NCBI GenBank assembly: GCA_043803745.1
Contig: JAZDJS010000048.1
Coordinates: 1 to 64,000, forward strand
Length of the DNA: 64,000 bases
Direction of reading: 5' to 3'
From: an archaeon
GTDB taxonomy: Archaea; SpSt-1190; DYHY01
Position numbers and translations under genes: made by a program. Every line of letters starts with the position of its first letter. Position 1 is the stretch's first letter. Shown one piece after another: positions 20,081 to 30,078 of the stretch. The notes beneath the pieces were generated by a model, which was given only the letters and a program-made list of their open reading frames with translations, was not told the DNA's origin and did no database searches.

Positions 20081-22252
20081 ATGGGCTCTTTGCGGAAACG
20101 TTCGGTCTTTCTCCTTTTGCTCCTGTGTCTCCTGCTTTCGCTCGCCAACTCTGCCGAAATCTCCTCCTGCGGAACCGAGATCTCCTCTTCCGGAAGCTAT
20201 TCCCTCTCAAAGAACATCTCCGGCTCAAGCATAAACATCCAGAACGTGTACCTGGCTTGCCTGAAGGTTTCCTCATCCCACGTTTCAATTGACTGCGCGA
20301 ATTTTTCAATAACGGAGAGCTCCCCGGGAAAAACTGTCGGAATTTTCGTCCAGGGGCTTGTGAGGAACGTCACAATTCGCAACTGCAAGAGCCTTTCCGG
20401 ATTTGAAACCGGAATCTACCTTTCCGGGGCTCTTGACGGGGGGATTTCGGGCTCGAATATCACCGGGAACATCAACGGAATCAGGCTGATTTCCTCGGAA
20501 AACTTCAACCTTACCGAAAGCAATGTTTCGGGGAACGTCATCGGGCTCTACAGCTATTTCGGGGAACGGAATTTCGCGGTCGGGAACATCTTTTCCCGGA
20601 ACCGCCTCGTCGGAATAAAGGTCGAGGGACCGACTGCCCAGCGGCTTCCCGGACAGGGGAACTTCTTCTTTTGGAACAACGTTTCCGGAAGCGAGCAGGG
20701 ATTCGAAATAACTAGGGCGAACGGGAACCTGCTCATAGGCAATCAGATCTCAAACTCAAGCATGTACGGGATACGCATCGCATACTCAAGGGACAACAAC
20801 ATCTCCCTGAACGCGATTTCGGGCTCGAAGAGGGTCGGCCTCTTCCTTGACACCTCCTCGGGCAACCTGTTCAGCTGCAACAATTTCTCCGGAAACCTTG
20901 TTGACATTGACACCTACTATGCAAACGAGAACCTTGGAAACGCATCCTGCGACGGGGCCAATGTAACGATTGGAACGCCCCAAAACCAGACCAGGACAAC
21001 TGCGCAGCTAACGACGATCCCTGCTTGCGCCTGCACCCCTTGGGTTTCCCGGGGATGCAATACGGGAAGCTGCCAATACGGAAGCGAATTCTCGGAAAGG
21101 TCCTGCGCACCGGCGGGATGCGCATCGGAGAAAACGTGCATAATAAACGCATATTGCTATCGGCAGATTCCACTGGAAAACGCGCCCCAGACGAGCGTTC
21201 CCATCGAATCGTCCTGCCCTGCGAACTGCGACGATTCCAATCCTTGCACTGTCGATTCCTGCTCGGAAGAAACGGGCTTCAATTGCCGCCACGCAAGCCT
21301 ACCTGAAGGGGCTTCCTGCGGAAAAGACCTTTTCTGCAAGGCAACTAGCGAATGCGCGCAAAAAAGCGAGCCACAGCAAAGCTGCCCTGCTTGTTCCGAA
21401 CCGGGTGCTTGGTCCGGATGCTTGGATGGCGTGCATAGCCGGACAATACAGATATGCGGCCAGGAAACCGGATATTTCTGCGTTCCATACATTGAAAGGG
21501 GGGCTTGCCTGCTTCCGGCGCAGACAACCGTCCCTGCCGCAACAGCGCCCCCTTCCTCGTGCAGGGAGAACTCGGAATGCCCGGCAACGAATGTCTGCTC
21601 GGGAGGGCAGTGCGTTCCCGCAAAGCTGGTTCTTGTTTTTGTTCCGCTCAATTGGACTGGGAGCGCGCAGAGTTTCTCGGAAGAGGCCGATCGTCAGGCG
21701 AATTTCCTTCTGGCGAACCTGCCCCTTTCCGGCTGCCCGGAGAAGGTCAAGATTCTGAAGGGAACCGAACCCTGCGCTGCGCAGATATCCTGCAAATATT
21801 GCGGCGAGGCGCTTTCAATCCGGAGCTGCGCAAAAAGGGTTTCGGCAAGCGTTGACATTGCGATAGGGCTCACGAACCTGGACTCCCTCTGCAAGACGGA
21901 AATCCGCGGATTCTCCTGCGGTGCGGGGGGCGTTTTCGTCAAATCGGGCGGTTCCGAGGTTCTTGCCCACGAGGTTGGGCACGAGTTCGGTCTCCGCGAC
22001 GAATATTGCAATTACGGAACCCGCTGCGGGGAATTCGCAGCTCCAAATCCCCTCCGCGCGGAATACGGCTGCAATCCCTCGGATGCGAACTGCTGCTGGT
22101 GCTCCGGAAGCTATTCAGTCTGCTGCTATGGGAACGTTAACGAGTTCGGCGGACGCTCGATCATGAGTTATGCCGGAGCCCCCGCCCCCAGGGCTTTCGA
22201 CTATCCGGCGCTTGCGCACCTTAAAAGCCTGGAAAAACTGAGGTGTAACTGA
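20081..22252 (+). CDS. secreted beta-helix/Cys-rich protein with a C-terminal zinc metallopeptidase
   Basis: Signal peptide, NosD-like repeats, CDDSNPCTVDSC, HEVGHEFGLRDEY and SIMSY Met-turn. Confidence 0.82.
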   Translation: MGSLRKRSVFLLLLLCLLLSLANSAEISSCGTEISSSGSYSLSKNISGSSINIQNVYLACLKVSSSHVSIDCANFSITESSPGKTVGIFVQGLVRNVTIRNCKSLSGFETGIYLSGALDGGISGSNITGNINGIRLISSENFNLTESNVSGNVIGLYSYFGERNFAVGNIFSRNRLVGIKVEGPTAQRLPGQGNFFFWNNVSGSEQGFEITRANGNLLIGNQISNSSMYGIRIAYSRDNNISLNAISGSKRVGLFLDTSSGNLFSCNNFSGNLVDIDTYYANENLGNASCDGANVTIGTPQNQTRTTAQLTTIPACACTPWVSRGCNTGSCQYGSEFSERSCAPAGCASEKTCIINAYCYRQIPLENAPQTSVPIESSCPANCDDSNPCTVDSCSEETGFNCRHASLPEGASCGKDLFCKATSECAQKSEPQQSCPACSEPGAWSGCLDGVHSRTIQICGQETGYFCVPYIERGACLLPAQTTVPAATAPPSSCRENSECPATNVCSGGQCVPAKLVLVFVPLNWTGSAQSFSEEADRQANFLLANLPLSGCPEKVKILKGTEPCAAQISCKYCGEALSIRSCAKRVSASVDIAIGLTNLDSLCKTEIRGFSCGAGGVFVKSGGSEVLAHEVGHEFGLRDEYCNYGTRCGEFAAPNPLRAEYGCNPSDANCCWCSGSYSVCCYGNVNEFGGRSIMSYAGAPAPRAFDYPALAHLKSLEKLRCN

Positions 22253-22896
22253 TGAGACTGGACATTCTCCAAGCAGCCTGCATCCTGGCATCGCTTCTCC
22301 TGCTCCCGGCCTTCTCAGCCGAGTTCCTTGAACAAGTTCTTGAAATCGAGCTTTCGCTCAACCAGAACGGAAGCGCAAACCTGCTCGCATATTCGATTGT
22401 CCCGGCGGCAAGCTCGAGCGAAAGCCTGGGCAGCTACCGGATTGTCCTGAGCGCAGGGGGAACTGAAATTTCCGAAGTTAATTTTTCCGCCGAGTTCCTC
22501 CTTCTGACAGACCCGCCCGAGGAGGTTCCGGAATCCTTCGCAGTTGCAAGGCTGCCCATCGGGAACGCGTCAACCCCGGACCTCCTTGAAATCTTCTCGC
22601 CGGAGGGGAAACTTCTCCTTTCGGAAAAAATCGCTCTCTGCAATGCGGACGGCCTTTGCTCTTCCGGGGAGAACGCGCTCTCCTGTCCCTCAGACTGCCC
22701 TGCCGGCGGGCGCGACAGCCTCTGCCAGCCGGATGCTCCCGGATGCGACCCGGACTGCGAGAAAGCAGTTGACTCTAACTGCGGTGCGGCTCTGGAAAAA
22801 GTTGGCTGGGCAACTCCGGCGGCGAAAGTTTTCGGCTTTCTTGCGGTTGTCGGAATTCTCGGCGGAGCATATGTTGCTTTCAGGAGAAAACGTTAA
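22252..22896 (+). CDS. Cys-rich membrane-anchored surface protein
   Basis: Signal peptide, C..DG.C...EN..SCP.DC motif, C-terminal TM plus RRKR; start overlaps the upstream stop. Confidence 0.75.
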   Translation: MRLDILQAACILASLLLLPAFSAEFLEQVLEIELSLNQNGSANLLAYSIVPAASSSESLGSYRIVLSAGGTEISEVNFSAEFLLLTDPPEEVPESFAVARLPIGNASTPDLLEIFSPEGKLLLSEKIALCNADGLCSSGENALSCPSDCPAGGRDSLCQPDAPGCDPDCEKAVDSNCGAALEKVGWATPAAKVFGFLAVVGILGGAYVAFRRKR

Positions 22897-22925
22897 TAAC
22901 TGTGGAAGGGACAAGCCGGGAGAAG

Positions 22926-23258
22926 ATGGCTCCGGCAAGGCGTTACATAGTAAGGGACATAGAAGACGCAAACGAATTTGCAGCGGATGCGAGAACTGGC
23001 CGCGGGGAGCATTTCGGATTCTTCCACCAAGGCCCTTTGCTTTCCAATGCGGCTAGGAAGGAAGCTCTTGAAAAAGCCTGGGAACACTGGAACGCTGCAT
23101 ACAGGGGCCTTGCGCACTATGCCGGGGATTCCTTCCCGCTATTCACGCATCCGATACTTTTGTTCAGAGTCTTGGCAGCAGAAAACGCGGTTAAATATGC
23201 CGATGGATCTCTCGAATCTGAACTGAGGGCAAACTACAAGCAACCAGTCGCCGTTTGA
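22926..23258 (+). CDS. hypothetical protein
   Basis: Short ORF; ATG at 22926 after GGGAGA. Confidence 0.5.
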   Translation: MAPARRYIVRDIEDANEFAADARTGRGEHFGFFHQGPLLSNAARKEALEKAWEHWNAAYRGLAHYAGDSFPLFTHPILLFRVLAAENAVKYADGSLESELRANYKQPVAV

Positions 23259-23266
23259 GAAACTCG

Positions 23267-23303
23267 GTCAAAGACCCCGCCAGCCCTAAAGGGCGGAGGC
23301 TTT
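23267..23303. mobile_element. solo IS200/IS605-like terminal hairpin remnant
   Basis: GTCAAAGACCCC...GCCC-TAAA-GGGC-GGAGGCTTT resembles the GTCAA..ACCCC..CCCTAAAGGGCGG.GCTT ends of IS200/IS605/HEARO elements. Confidence 0.45.
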
Positions 23304-23309
23304 CGCGAT

Positions 23310-24503
23310 TCAGTAAATCTTGACCCGCTGGTGTATCTGCCTCTCCCCGTAGAGGAAAATCAGGGCAATCGGGGTTATCAGGGTTGTCAGAAGGCTCATC
23401 AGGACGATTGCGGAGAAAGCCGACTGGTTAAGCGCGCCAGCCCCGAACCCGACAAGCGCTATTATCATTGCAATTTCTCCCCGGGGAACCATCCCCATTC
23501 CGATGATTGTCGACTCTTTCAGGGGGAACTTGAAGGTGCGCGAGGTCACAAATCCGGCGATGAATTTCGTCAGCACGGCAACCAGCGTGAGGAGCAAAAC
23601 GAAGAGAATCAGGGAGGGGTTCAGCGCCTTCCGCAGGTCGACAAGGATTCCGAGCGAAACGAAGAAAAGGTTCCCGAAAATTATCTCGAAATATCTGGCG
23701 CCCTCCTTGTGAGTTCCCGATTCCAGGTGCCCGATTGAAATCCCTGCAATGAACGCGCCGATTATTGCGGAAAGCCCGGCAACCTCGGCAAGGACGCTGT
23801 ACGTGAATGCAACGAAAACCGCGAGAATGAACGGAACGTGCTCGTAATTCCTGCGGGTGAGCGCCCAGTCCCGGAGCTCCTCTATCTTCCGGGAAATGAA
23901 CCGTTTCCCGATAAACAGGCCTCCGGCAATGAAGATTGCCGCAATGAGCCCCTTCTCAAGGAGAATGAGAGGGGAAACTCTCCCGGGCCCGGCGACCTGC
24001 TCCGCAACCGCAAGGGCGAAAAGCCCGAGGACATCGTCGATGATTGCGGCGGAAAGGATTATTTTCGCCTCGGGTTTCCCCAGTTTTCCCAGCTCGGAAA
24101 GCACCTGGACCGTTATTGCAACGCTTGTTGCGGTGAGGGCTGTCCCGATGAAGAACGAGGCTTTCCCGCCATATCCGAAGAGGAGGGAAATCAGATAGCC
24201 GCCTAGCCAAGGGAAAACAATTCCCGCAAATGCGACCGCCCCTGCTTTCGGATTCCAGAGGTCCTCGAGCTTCGTGTCAAGCCCGACAGTGAAAAGGAGG
24301 AAAATCGCGCCGATTGTCGCAAGGGCAGCGACAATTTCCGAATAGGGAATTATCCCTAGAAGGCTCGGCCCAAGGATTATTCCGGCAAGAATGCTCCCGA
24401 CGACCCCGGATTGCTTGAAGCGGAAGGAAATGAAGAAACCGAACAGCGACGCGAAAAGGAGCAGGCTCATCTGGAAGGCAATTCCCGAAAGTCCGGATTC
24501 CAT
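23310..24503 (-). CDS. cation:proton antiporter (CPA2/Kef family)
   Basis: GIILGPSLLG, LLFTVGL, ATSVAI, AAIIDD and MVPRGE motifs. Confidence 0.92.
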   Translation of the reverse strand: MESGLSGIAFQMSLLLFASLFGFFISFRFKQSGVVGSILAGIILGPSLLGIIPYSEIVAALATIGAIFLLFTVGLDTKLEDLWNPKAGAVAFAGIVFPWLGGYLISLLFGYGGKASFFIGTALTATSVAITVQVLSELGKLGKPEAKIILSAAIIDDVLGLFALAVAEQVAGPGRVSPLILLEKGLIAAIFIAGGLFIGKRFISRKIEELRDWALTRRNYEHVPFILAVFVAFTYSVLAEVAGLSAIIGAFIAGISIGHLESGTHKEGARYFEIIFGNLFFVSLGILVDLRKALNPSLILFVLLLTLVAVLTKFIAGFVTSRTFKFPLKESTIIGMGMVPRGEIAMIIALVGFGAGALNQSAFSAIVLMSLLTTLITPIALIFLYGERQIHQRVKIY

Positions 24504-24530
24504 TTACGCAGGCGGAGGAAAGTCCGGGGC

Positions 24531-25901
24531 TTATTTAACGTTTCCCCATTGCGGCTCAAGGAAATCCTTTTCCGAAATCCGCTCGTTTATTTCCCCGGCA
24601 AGGTTTTCCTGCATCAGGGCGCGCACCTCTTCCGGGCTCTTTTTCTGCCCGAGAAGCCAGGCAAGCTTCACATATGCGGTTTCCGGGAGAGTGTCCTTTG
24701 CGAAAACGGCGCCGGTTTCCCCGAGAAGCCTGAGGTTCCGGTATGTGTACGGATGGACTGCTCCGTAAATCGCCTGGCTTGTCATTGCGACGACAATTCC
24801 CGCATCAACGGCGTTCTTGATTGAAGGCAGCCAGGATTTGGGACCGTTGGTTATGACGTGTCCGAGCCCGGTTCCCTCGATTACTATTCCCCTGAAGCCC
24901 TTTGAAGCGTAATGGTCGATGACTTCCGGGGAAAGGTTCGGGGCAATCTTGACAATCGCGGTCCTGTCCTCGAAATCGGGGCGCAGTTTCAACTCCGCGC
25001 AAGCTCCGGCTTTCCGGGGCTCCCCGAGAATCTCGATTCTCCCGTCCGGGAAGATTTTTGCGAACGGCGCCTTGTTAACCGACTGGAAGGCATCCCTCCG
25101 TGAAGTGTGCATTTTCCTTGCCTTCGTTCCCCAATGGGCGAGGCAGTAATCGTCGTTTGTTGTGCCGTGCATCACAAGAAAAACCCCTGCGGAAGCCTGC
25201 TTGGCAATGAAATTCGCCGCGCAGAGGAGATTTATCGAGCCGTCGAAGCTTCCCCGGTCTGGCGACCTTTGCGCTCCGACGACGCAAACCGGTTTTTCAA
25301 GGTTCTGGAGAGCAAATGAGAGCGCGGCGGAAGTGTAGTGAAGGACGTCGGTTCCGTGGGTGACAATCACCCCGGAAATTTCCTTCTTGGAGAGCATCCG
25401 CCCGACCTCCTCTGCAATCAGGGAGAAATGGGAGAAATCCATGTCCTCGGATGCTATTGTGAACGGGGAGGAAACCTCGGCAATGTCAACTATTTTCGAT
25501 ATTTCCGGGACTGTTGAGATTACCTCCTCGGGCGTGCGGCACATGTAAACGCCTCCGGTCGAATAGTCGACATGCGTTCCGATTGTTCCGCCTGTCGAAA
25601 CAAGCCCGATTTTCGGGAGCGCGCCAGCCGGCTTCTCCGCCCTTGCCGGGATTATCTTGCCTATCTTTATCCCCTCTCCAGTCTTGCGAACCGACCTTAT
25701 TTCCGATGGGGAAATTGCAAGGTTGTATCCGGTCGGAAGCTTGAGAACCAGATTTTCCCTGTTGCCCGCCGAAATTCGGGGCATGAGTATCCCCTGCTCC
25801 TTCGCACCGGAAGAAAGCTCGACTTCAATCGCATTCCCCTCGGCTATTTTTCCGGACGCAAGGAAGCGCGCCTCGATTTCTGGAGGATAACTGCCGGACA
25901 T
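24531..25901 (-). CDS. gatD: Glu-tRNA(Gln) amidotransferase subunit D
   Basis: LKL..GYN N-domain, TGGTI, THGTD, GAQRS.DR and RKMHTSRRDAF motifs. Confidence 0.95.
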   Translation of the reverse strand: MSGSYPPEIEARFLASGKIAEGNAIEVELSSGAKEQGILMPRISAGNRENLVLKLPTGYNLAISPSEIRSVRKTGEGIKIGKIIPARAEKPAGALPKIGLVSTGGTIGTHVDYSTGGVYMCRTPEEVISTVPEISKIVDIAEVSSPFTIASEDMDFSHFSLIAEEVGRMLSKKEISGVIVTHGTDVLHYTSAALSFALQNLEKPVCVVGAQRSPDRGSFDGSINLLCAANFIAKQASAGVFLVMHGTTNDDYCLAHWGTKARKMHTSRRDAFQSVNKAPFAKIFPDGRIEILGEPRKAGACAELKLRPDFEDRTAIVKIAPNLSPEVIDHYASKGFRGIVIEGTGLGHVITNGPKSWLPSIKNAVDAGIVVAMTSQAIYGAVHPYTYRNLRLLGETGAVFAKDTLPETAYVKLAWLLGQKKSPEEVRALMQENLAGEINERISEKDFLEPQWGNVK

Positions 25902-25996
25902 CCCGGAAAACTCCGGTCAAGATATAAAAGAGTGGCCCTTCCGGACCGCTTAAGGAAGAAACGTTTAAATTGCGCTCCAATCATTCACTGAAATAA

Positions 25997-27823
25997 ATGA
26001 AAATAGGCCTTGAGATTCACCAGCAGCTGAAAACGAGCAAGCTGTTCTGCCGCTGCCCCTCGGTTCTCAGGGAGGTTAAGCCTGACGTTATTGTCGAAAG
26101 GCGCCTCAGGGCCGTTGCAAGCGAAACCGGCGCCCGCGACATTACCAGCGAAACCGAGTTTGCAAAGGGCAGGAAATTCATCTACCAGGCCTATTCGGAC
26201 TCGACCTGCCTGATAGAAATTGACGAGGCCCCCCCGAAGGAAATCAACCCGGAGGCGCTCCAGATTGCCTGCACAATTGCTGGCGCCCTGAACTGCCGGG
26301 TCGTCCCGGAGCTCCACGTTATGAGGAAGGCGATAATAGACGGCTCGTGCCCCTCGAGCTTCCAAAGGACCGCGCTCCTTGCAAAGGACGGTTTTGTCGA
26401 GGCCCGTTCCGGAAAGAAAATCAGGATAGAATCGATTTGCATCGAGGAGGATGCGGGGAGGATAATTGCATCAGACAATTCAAGCGCAACTTTCAGGGTC
26501 GACCGCCTCGGGATTCCTCTCGTTGAGATAACGACCGCTCCGGAAATCGAATCGCCGGAAGAAGCGCGGGAGGTCGCGGAACGGATTGGAACGGTTCTCA
26601 GGCTTACCGGAAAGGTTGTCCGGGGACTTGGCTCGATAAGGCAGGACCTCAACGTCTCGGTTCCCGAAGGAGCGCGTGTCGAGATAAAGGGCGTCCAGCA
26701 ACTCGACCAGATTCCCGAACTTGTCCGAATGGAGGCTGAGCGGCAGAAGAGCCTTGCAGGGATTGCCAAGAAATATTCCGACAGGATAATTGCAATTGAG
26801 CGGGCAGGCGGCCCAAAATCTGCGGAAGTAACTGAGGTTTTCCTTGAAACCGGATGCAAACTGCTGGCTGGCTTGGAAATACACGCGGCAATCCTTCCAG
26901 GTCTTGCGGGGATACTTGACGAGACCCTCCACGAGGGAAAGCGTTTTGGAAAGGAGGTTGCGGAAAGGATGCGCATCCTGACAACTGCACGGGGCTTCCT
27001 GCACACTGACGAACTTCCCGCATATGGCGTCACAGCCGAAGAGGTCCGGGATTTGCGAGCCGCAACCGGCGCGGGCGAAAATGACCTGATCTGCCTCGTC
27101 GCTGGAAAGGGACCCGAAGCACACCTTCCGCTGATGCCTGTTGTTGAAAGAATACTTCTCTCGAATCTCGGGGTTCCCGGCGAGACGCGGAAGGCGAATC
27201 CCGACTGCTCGACAAGCTTCCTGAGGCCCATTTCCGGGAGCTCGCGCTTCTATCCGGAAACTGACGTTGCCCCGGCGCAAATGGGCCCCGTTAGAGCGGA
27301 TTCGGTTGAATCCCCGGAGGAACGGATGGGGAAGCTGGAAAAGCTCGGGCTCCCTGAAAAGCTTGCGAAGGGACTGCTCCTTTCGGAAAACTATCCCCTC
27401 TTTCTCCTTGCGCTTGAAAAGCGCGTGCAGCCGGTTCTTGCGGCAACAATTGTCGAGGAAACTCTTCCGTACCTGAGAAGAAAGGGGATTGAAATCGACC
27501 GGGTTCCGGACAGCGACTATTCGGTGCTGTTTGAACTTGTTTCTTCGGGAAAGCTCCCCCGAGAAGGAATTCCTGACGCAATGGAGAAACTTGCGAGACA
27601 CGAGGGGATTTCAAAACTCGCGGAAGCCGGGCGAGTTTCCGAAGCGCAGGTCGCCGGATTCGCAAGAAAGCTCATCTTTGAACGCAGGGAGTACATTCTC
27701 AAGGAGGGCGCGGAACGCGCAATATCCGGCCTGATGGGTGAACTGATGAAGGAATTTAAGGGGAAATTCTCCGGGACGCTGCTGAAGGAAATTCTTTCGA
27801 AGGAGCTTCTTGGAAATGCCTGA
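25997..27823 (+). CDS. gatE: Glu-tRNA(Gln) amidotransferase subunit E
   Basis: IGLEIHQQL..KLFC.CP, FQRTAL, DRLGIPLVEI, IRQDLNVS and R.YPETD motifs. Confidence 0.95.
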   Translation: MKIGLEIHQQLKTSKLFCRCPSVLREVKPDVIVERRLRAVASETGARDITSETEFAKGRKFIYQAYSDSTCLIEIDEAPPKEINPEALQIACTIAGALNCRVVPELHVMRKAIIDGSCPSSFQRTALLAKDGFVEARSGKKIRIESICIEEDAGRIIASDNSSATFRVDRLGIPLVEITTAPEIESPEEAREVAERIGTVLRLTGKVVRGLGSIRQDLNVSVPEGARVEIKGVQQLDQIPELVRMEAERQKSLAGIAKKYSDRIIAIERAGGPKSAEVTEVFLETGCKLLAGLEIHAAILPGLAGILDETLHEGKRFGKEVAERMRILTTARGFLHTDELPAYGVTAEEVRDLRAATGAGENDLICLVAGKGPEAHLPLMPVVERILLSNLGVPGETRKANPDCSTSFLRPISGSSRFYPETDVAPAQMGPVRADSVESPEERMGKLEKLGLPEKLAKGLLLSENYPLFLLALEKRVQPVLAATIVEETLPYLRRKGIEIDRVPDSDYSVLFELVSSGKLPREGIPDAMEKLARHEGISKLAEAGRVSEAQVAGFARKLIFERREYILKEGAERAISGLMGELMKEFKGKFSGTLLKEILSKELLGNA

Positions 27824-29303
27824 AGGCTCCCCGCCCAAGGGCTTGCCCAAGGGCTTGCCCAAGGGCTCGCCAAAGGGCTCGCCCGAAAGTTTCGGCTTTT
27901 CAATAATAGGGAGGAAATCGGGCGGCGAGGAAATCGGGCGGACTGATTTTGCGCTGATCCGGCAAGAGGGCTTGGACTTCCCGGAGTACCTTCCCTTCGG
28001 CTTGGAAACTCCGGACGGGGATGATTTGTTCCGGATTGGAAAAATCGTCAAGGCATACCAGAACATCCCGGAAATAACCGAAACTGGAGAGAAGCGGCGG
28101 GAGGAAATAGGGAAGCTTGTTTCGAAATATCTCGGGCTCCTTTCCGGGAAGAGGCTTTCGCGGGAAAAGGCCGAGCTTTATGAGCGGGTCGTTTTCTCGG
28201 CAACGGGGGAAGGGCGCGGTCCGCTTGAATTCCTTGTCGGAGACCCGCAAATCGAGGAAATAATGGTCAACGGAACGAGCCAGCCCATTTTCATCTTCCA
28301 CCGCAGGTTCGGAATGTGCGCTACGAACCTAAGGTTCGATTCGGAAGAATACCTGATTGAAAAGGCGAACCAGCTCCTTTTCCCCGGCAACAAAAGGGTC
28401 GATTCATCCAAGCCTTTCGCGCATGCAATTCTTCCGAACGGGGACCGGATCTCGGTCGAAATACCTCCGCTTGCGAAGGAACCCTGCATCGACATAAGGA
28501 AATTCTCGGAAAAGCCGATGACTCTTCCGGAACTCGTTAAACTGGGGATGCTCGACCTGCGGGCTGCCGCTTTCCTTTTCCTTGCCGTTGAGTCGGGCGT
28601 CTGCAACATCGGGGTCGTCGGCAACACGGGGGCCGGGAAGACAACGCTCCTTGGGGCGCTTCTGAGGCTGGCTCCGCCCTACCAGAGAGTTATTCTTGTC
28701 GAGGAAATACCGGAAATATCCGTTCCGCACAAGCACAACGTCCGACTTGTCCAGGTCGAGCATCTGGGAATCGGGATGGCGGAGCTTGTCCGGGAAACGC
28801 TGAGGCTCCGGCCGGACAGGGTTGTTGTCGGGGAAGTGAGGAGCCCCTCGGAAGTCCAGGCTCTCCGGGATTCCTGCCTTTCGGGCCAGGCATATTCCAC
28901 CTATTTCACATACCATTCCGAAAGCGCGCAGGCGGCGGTTGAGCGGCTTGAAAGCCAGGGAATTTCGCGGAAGGACTGCGAATATTTCGGCCTCCTCGTG
29001 GTTTGCAGGAGGTTCGAGGACCGGGACGGAAAAACGCGGAGGATTGTCTCGGAGATTTCCGAAATCGGAGCCGACGGGCGGACCCTGCCGCTTTTCAAGC
29101 ACGATTTCAAAAGGAACCGCTGGATTCGCAGGCTCCGGGGGAAAAGCAGGGTTGAAGCGCGCCTGCTGGAGACTTTCATTTCGGGAAAGGGTGGGCTCTC
29201 CCGCGAAATTGCGAAGAGGGAGAAGCTTCTGAAAAGATTCTCGGACGCGGAGGATGCGGAGTTTTTCTCGGGAATCTGGAGGGCGGCCCGGAAAGGTGGC
29301 TGA
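27816..29303 (+). CDS. type IV pilus/Tad assembly ATPase (CpaF/VirB11 family)
   Basis: DPQIEEIMVNG, IRKF, Walker A GNTGAGKTT, LRLRPDRVVVGEVR. Confidence 0.9.
   Translation: MPEGSPPKGLPKGLPKGSPKGSPESFGFSIIGRKSGGEEIGRTDFALIRQEGLDFPEYLPFGLETPDGDDLFRIGKIVKAYQNIPEITETGEKRREEIGKLVSKYLGLLSGKRLSREKAELYERVVFSATGEGRGPLEFLVGDPQIEEIMVNGTSQPIFIFHRRFGMCATNLRFDSEEYLIEKANQLLFPGNKRVDSSKPFAHAILPNGDRISVEIPPLAKEPCIDIRKFSEKPMTLPELVKLGMLDLRAAAFLFLAVESGVCNIGVVGNTGAGKTTLLGALLRLAPPYQRVILVEEIPEISVPHKHNVRLVQVEHLGIGMAELVRETLRLRPDRVVVGEVRSPSEVQALRDSCLSGQAYSTYFTYHSESAQAAVERLESQGISRKDCEYFGLLVVCRRFEDRDGKTRRIVSEISEIGADGRTLPLFKHDFKRNRWIRRLRGKSRVEARLLETFISGKGGLSREIAKREKLLKRFSDAEDAEFFSGIWRAARKGG
27833..27884 (+). repeat. 12-bp tandem repeat GCCCAAGGGCTY x4 (PKGL/PKGS)
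   Basis: Seen directly at the ATPase N-terminus. Confidence 0.9.
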
Positions 29304-30078
29304 CAAAAAAAGGGGCCTCATCCGGAGACAGTTCCGCTTGGCGGAGCTTGAACGGGAGCTTGCCGGCGTCGGGACGGACCTTCCGCTTGGCAAGCTTGCT
29401 TTTGGCGCAGCCGGGCTTGCATCCGCTCTTGCGGCCCTTTCGGCGCTCTCGGTTTTCAACGGGAATCTTCCCCTCGCGGCAATTTCCCTCGGGGGCGTTC
29501 TCCTTGCCCTGCGCATCCCCGAAATCTCCGCGAAAATCGCGTGCGCTGTCGCGCGAAAGTCCCTTGAAAGGGAACTGCCTTTCTTTCTCTCAAGATATTC
29601 CCATCTTGCGGCCCTTGGCGTGAATCCGCTGAAGGCGTTGGAGATTTCGGTGGGCTTTGGGGGTCCTGTCGGGAAGGTTGCGGGGGGTGCGCTTTTTTCC
29701 GCAAGGAAGGGGATTCCGCTTGAAAAAGCGCTTGAGAATGCTTCGGAGGAGACTTTGTCAGAGCGGGCTGAAGAGGCGTTCTCGGCGATTTCGTCGGTTC
29801 TTTCCGACGGTTATACCGGAAGCGCAAGGGAGCTTATCGACGGCATCTACAAGGGGCTTCTTGAGGAACACAAGGCGGCGCTTGAGGAATATTCGGCGAG
29901 GAGCCAGATAGTCTTCCTTTCGGTCGTTTTCTCGACTGCAATAATCCCGGCTCTTGCGGCTTTCGCCCTTGCTTTTTCCGAATCCGGAAACCCGGTCGCC
30001 GCGCCGGTCCTTTTCATCCTGGCCTTTCCGGCAATTGCCGCCGCACAGTTCCTTTACATGAGGTTCTCGTCGCCATGA
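29296..30078 (+). CDS. type II secretion system F family (TadB/TadC-like) membrane protein
   Basis: LERELPFFL...G.N...AL...G.PLEKAL pattern; GTG start overlaps the ATPase stop. Confidence 0.82.
   Translation: MADKKRGLIRRQFRLAELERELAGVGTDLPLGKLAFGAAGLASALAALSALSVFNGNLPLAAISLGGVLLALRIPEISAKIACAVARKSLERELPFFLSRYSHLAALGVNPLKALEISVGFGGPVGKVAGGALFSARKGIPLEKALENASEETLSERAEEAFSAISSVLSDGYTGSARELIDGIYKGLLEEHKAALEEYSARSQIVFLSVVFSTAIIPALAAFALAFSESGNPVAAPVLFILAFPAIAAAQFLYMRFSSP

Noticed and set aside
24515-24529. GAGGAAAGTCCGGGG resembles the RNase P RNA CR-I motif
   Set aside because: It lies in a 27-bp gap between two intact minus-strand genes, with no room for the RNA and no matching CR-V partner.
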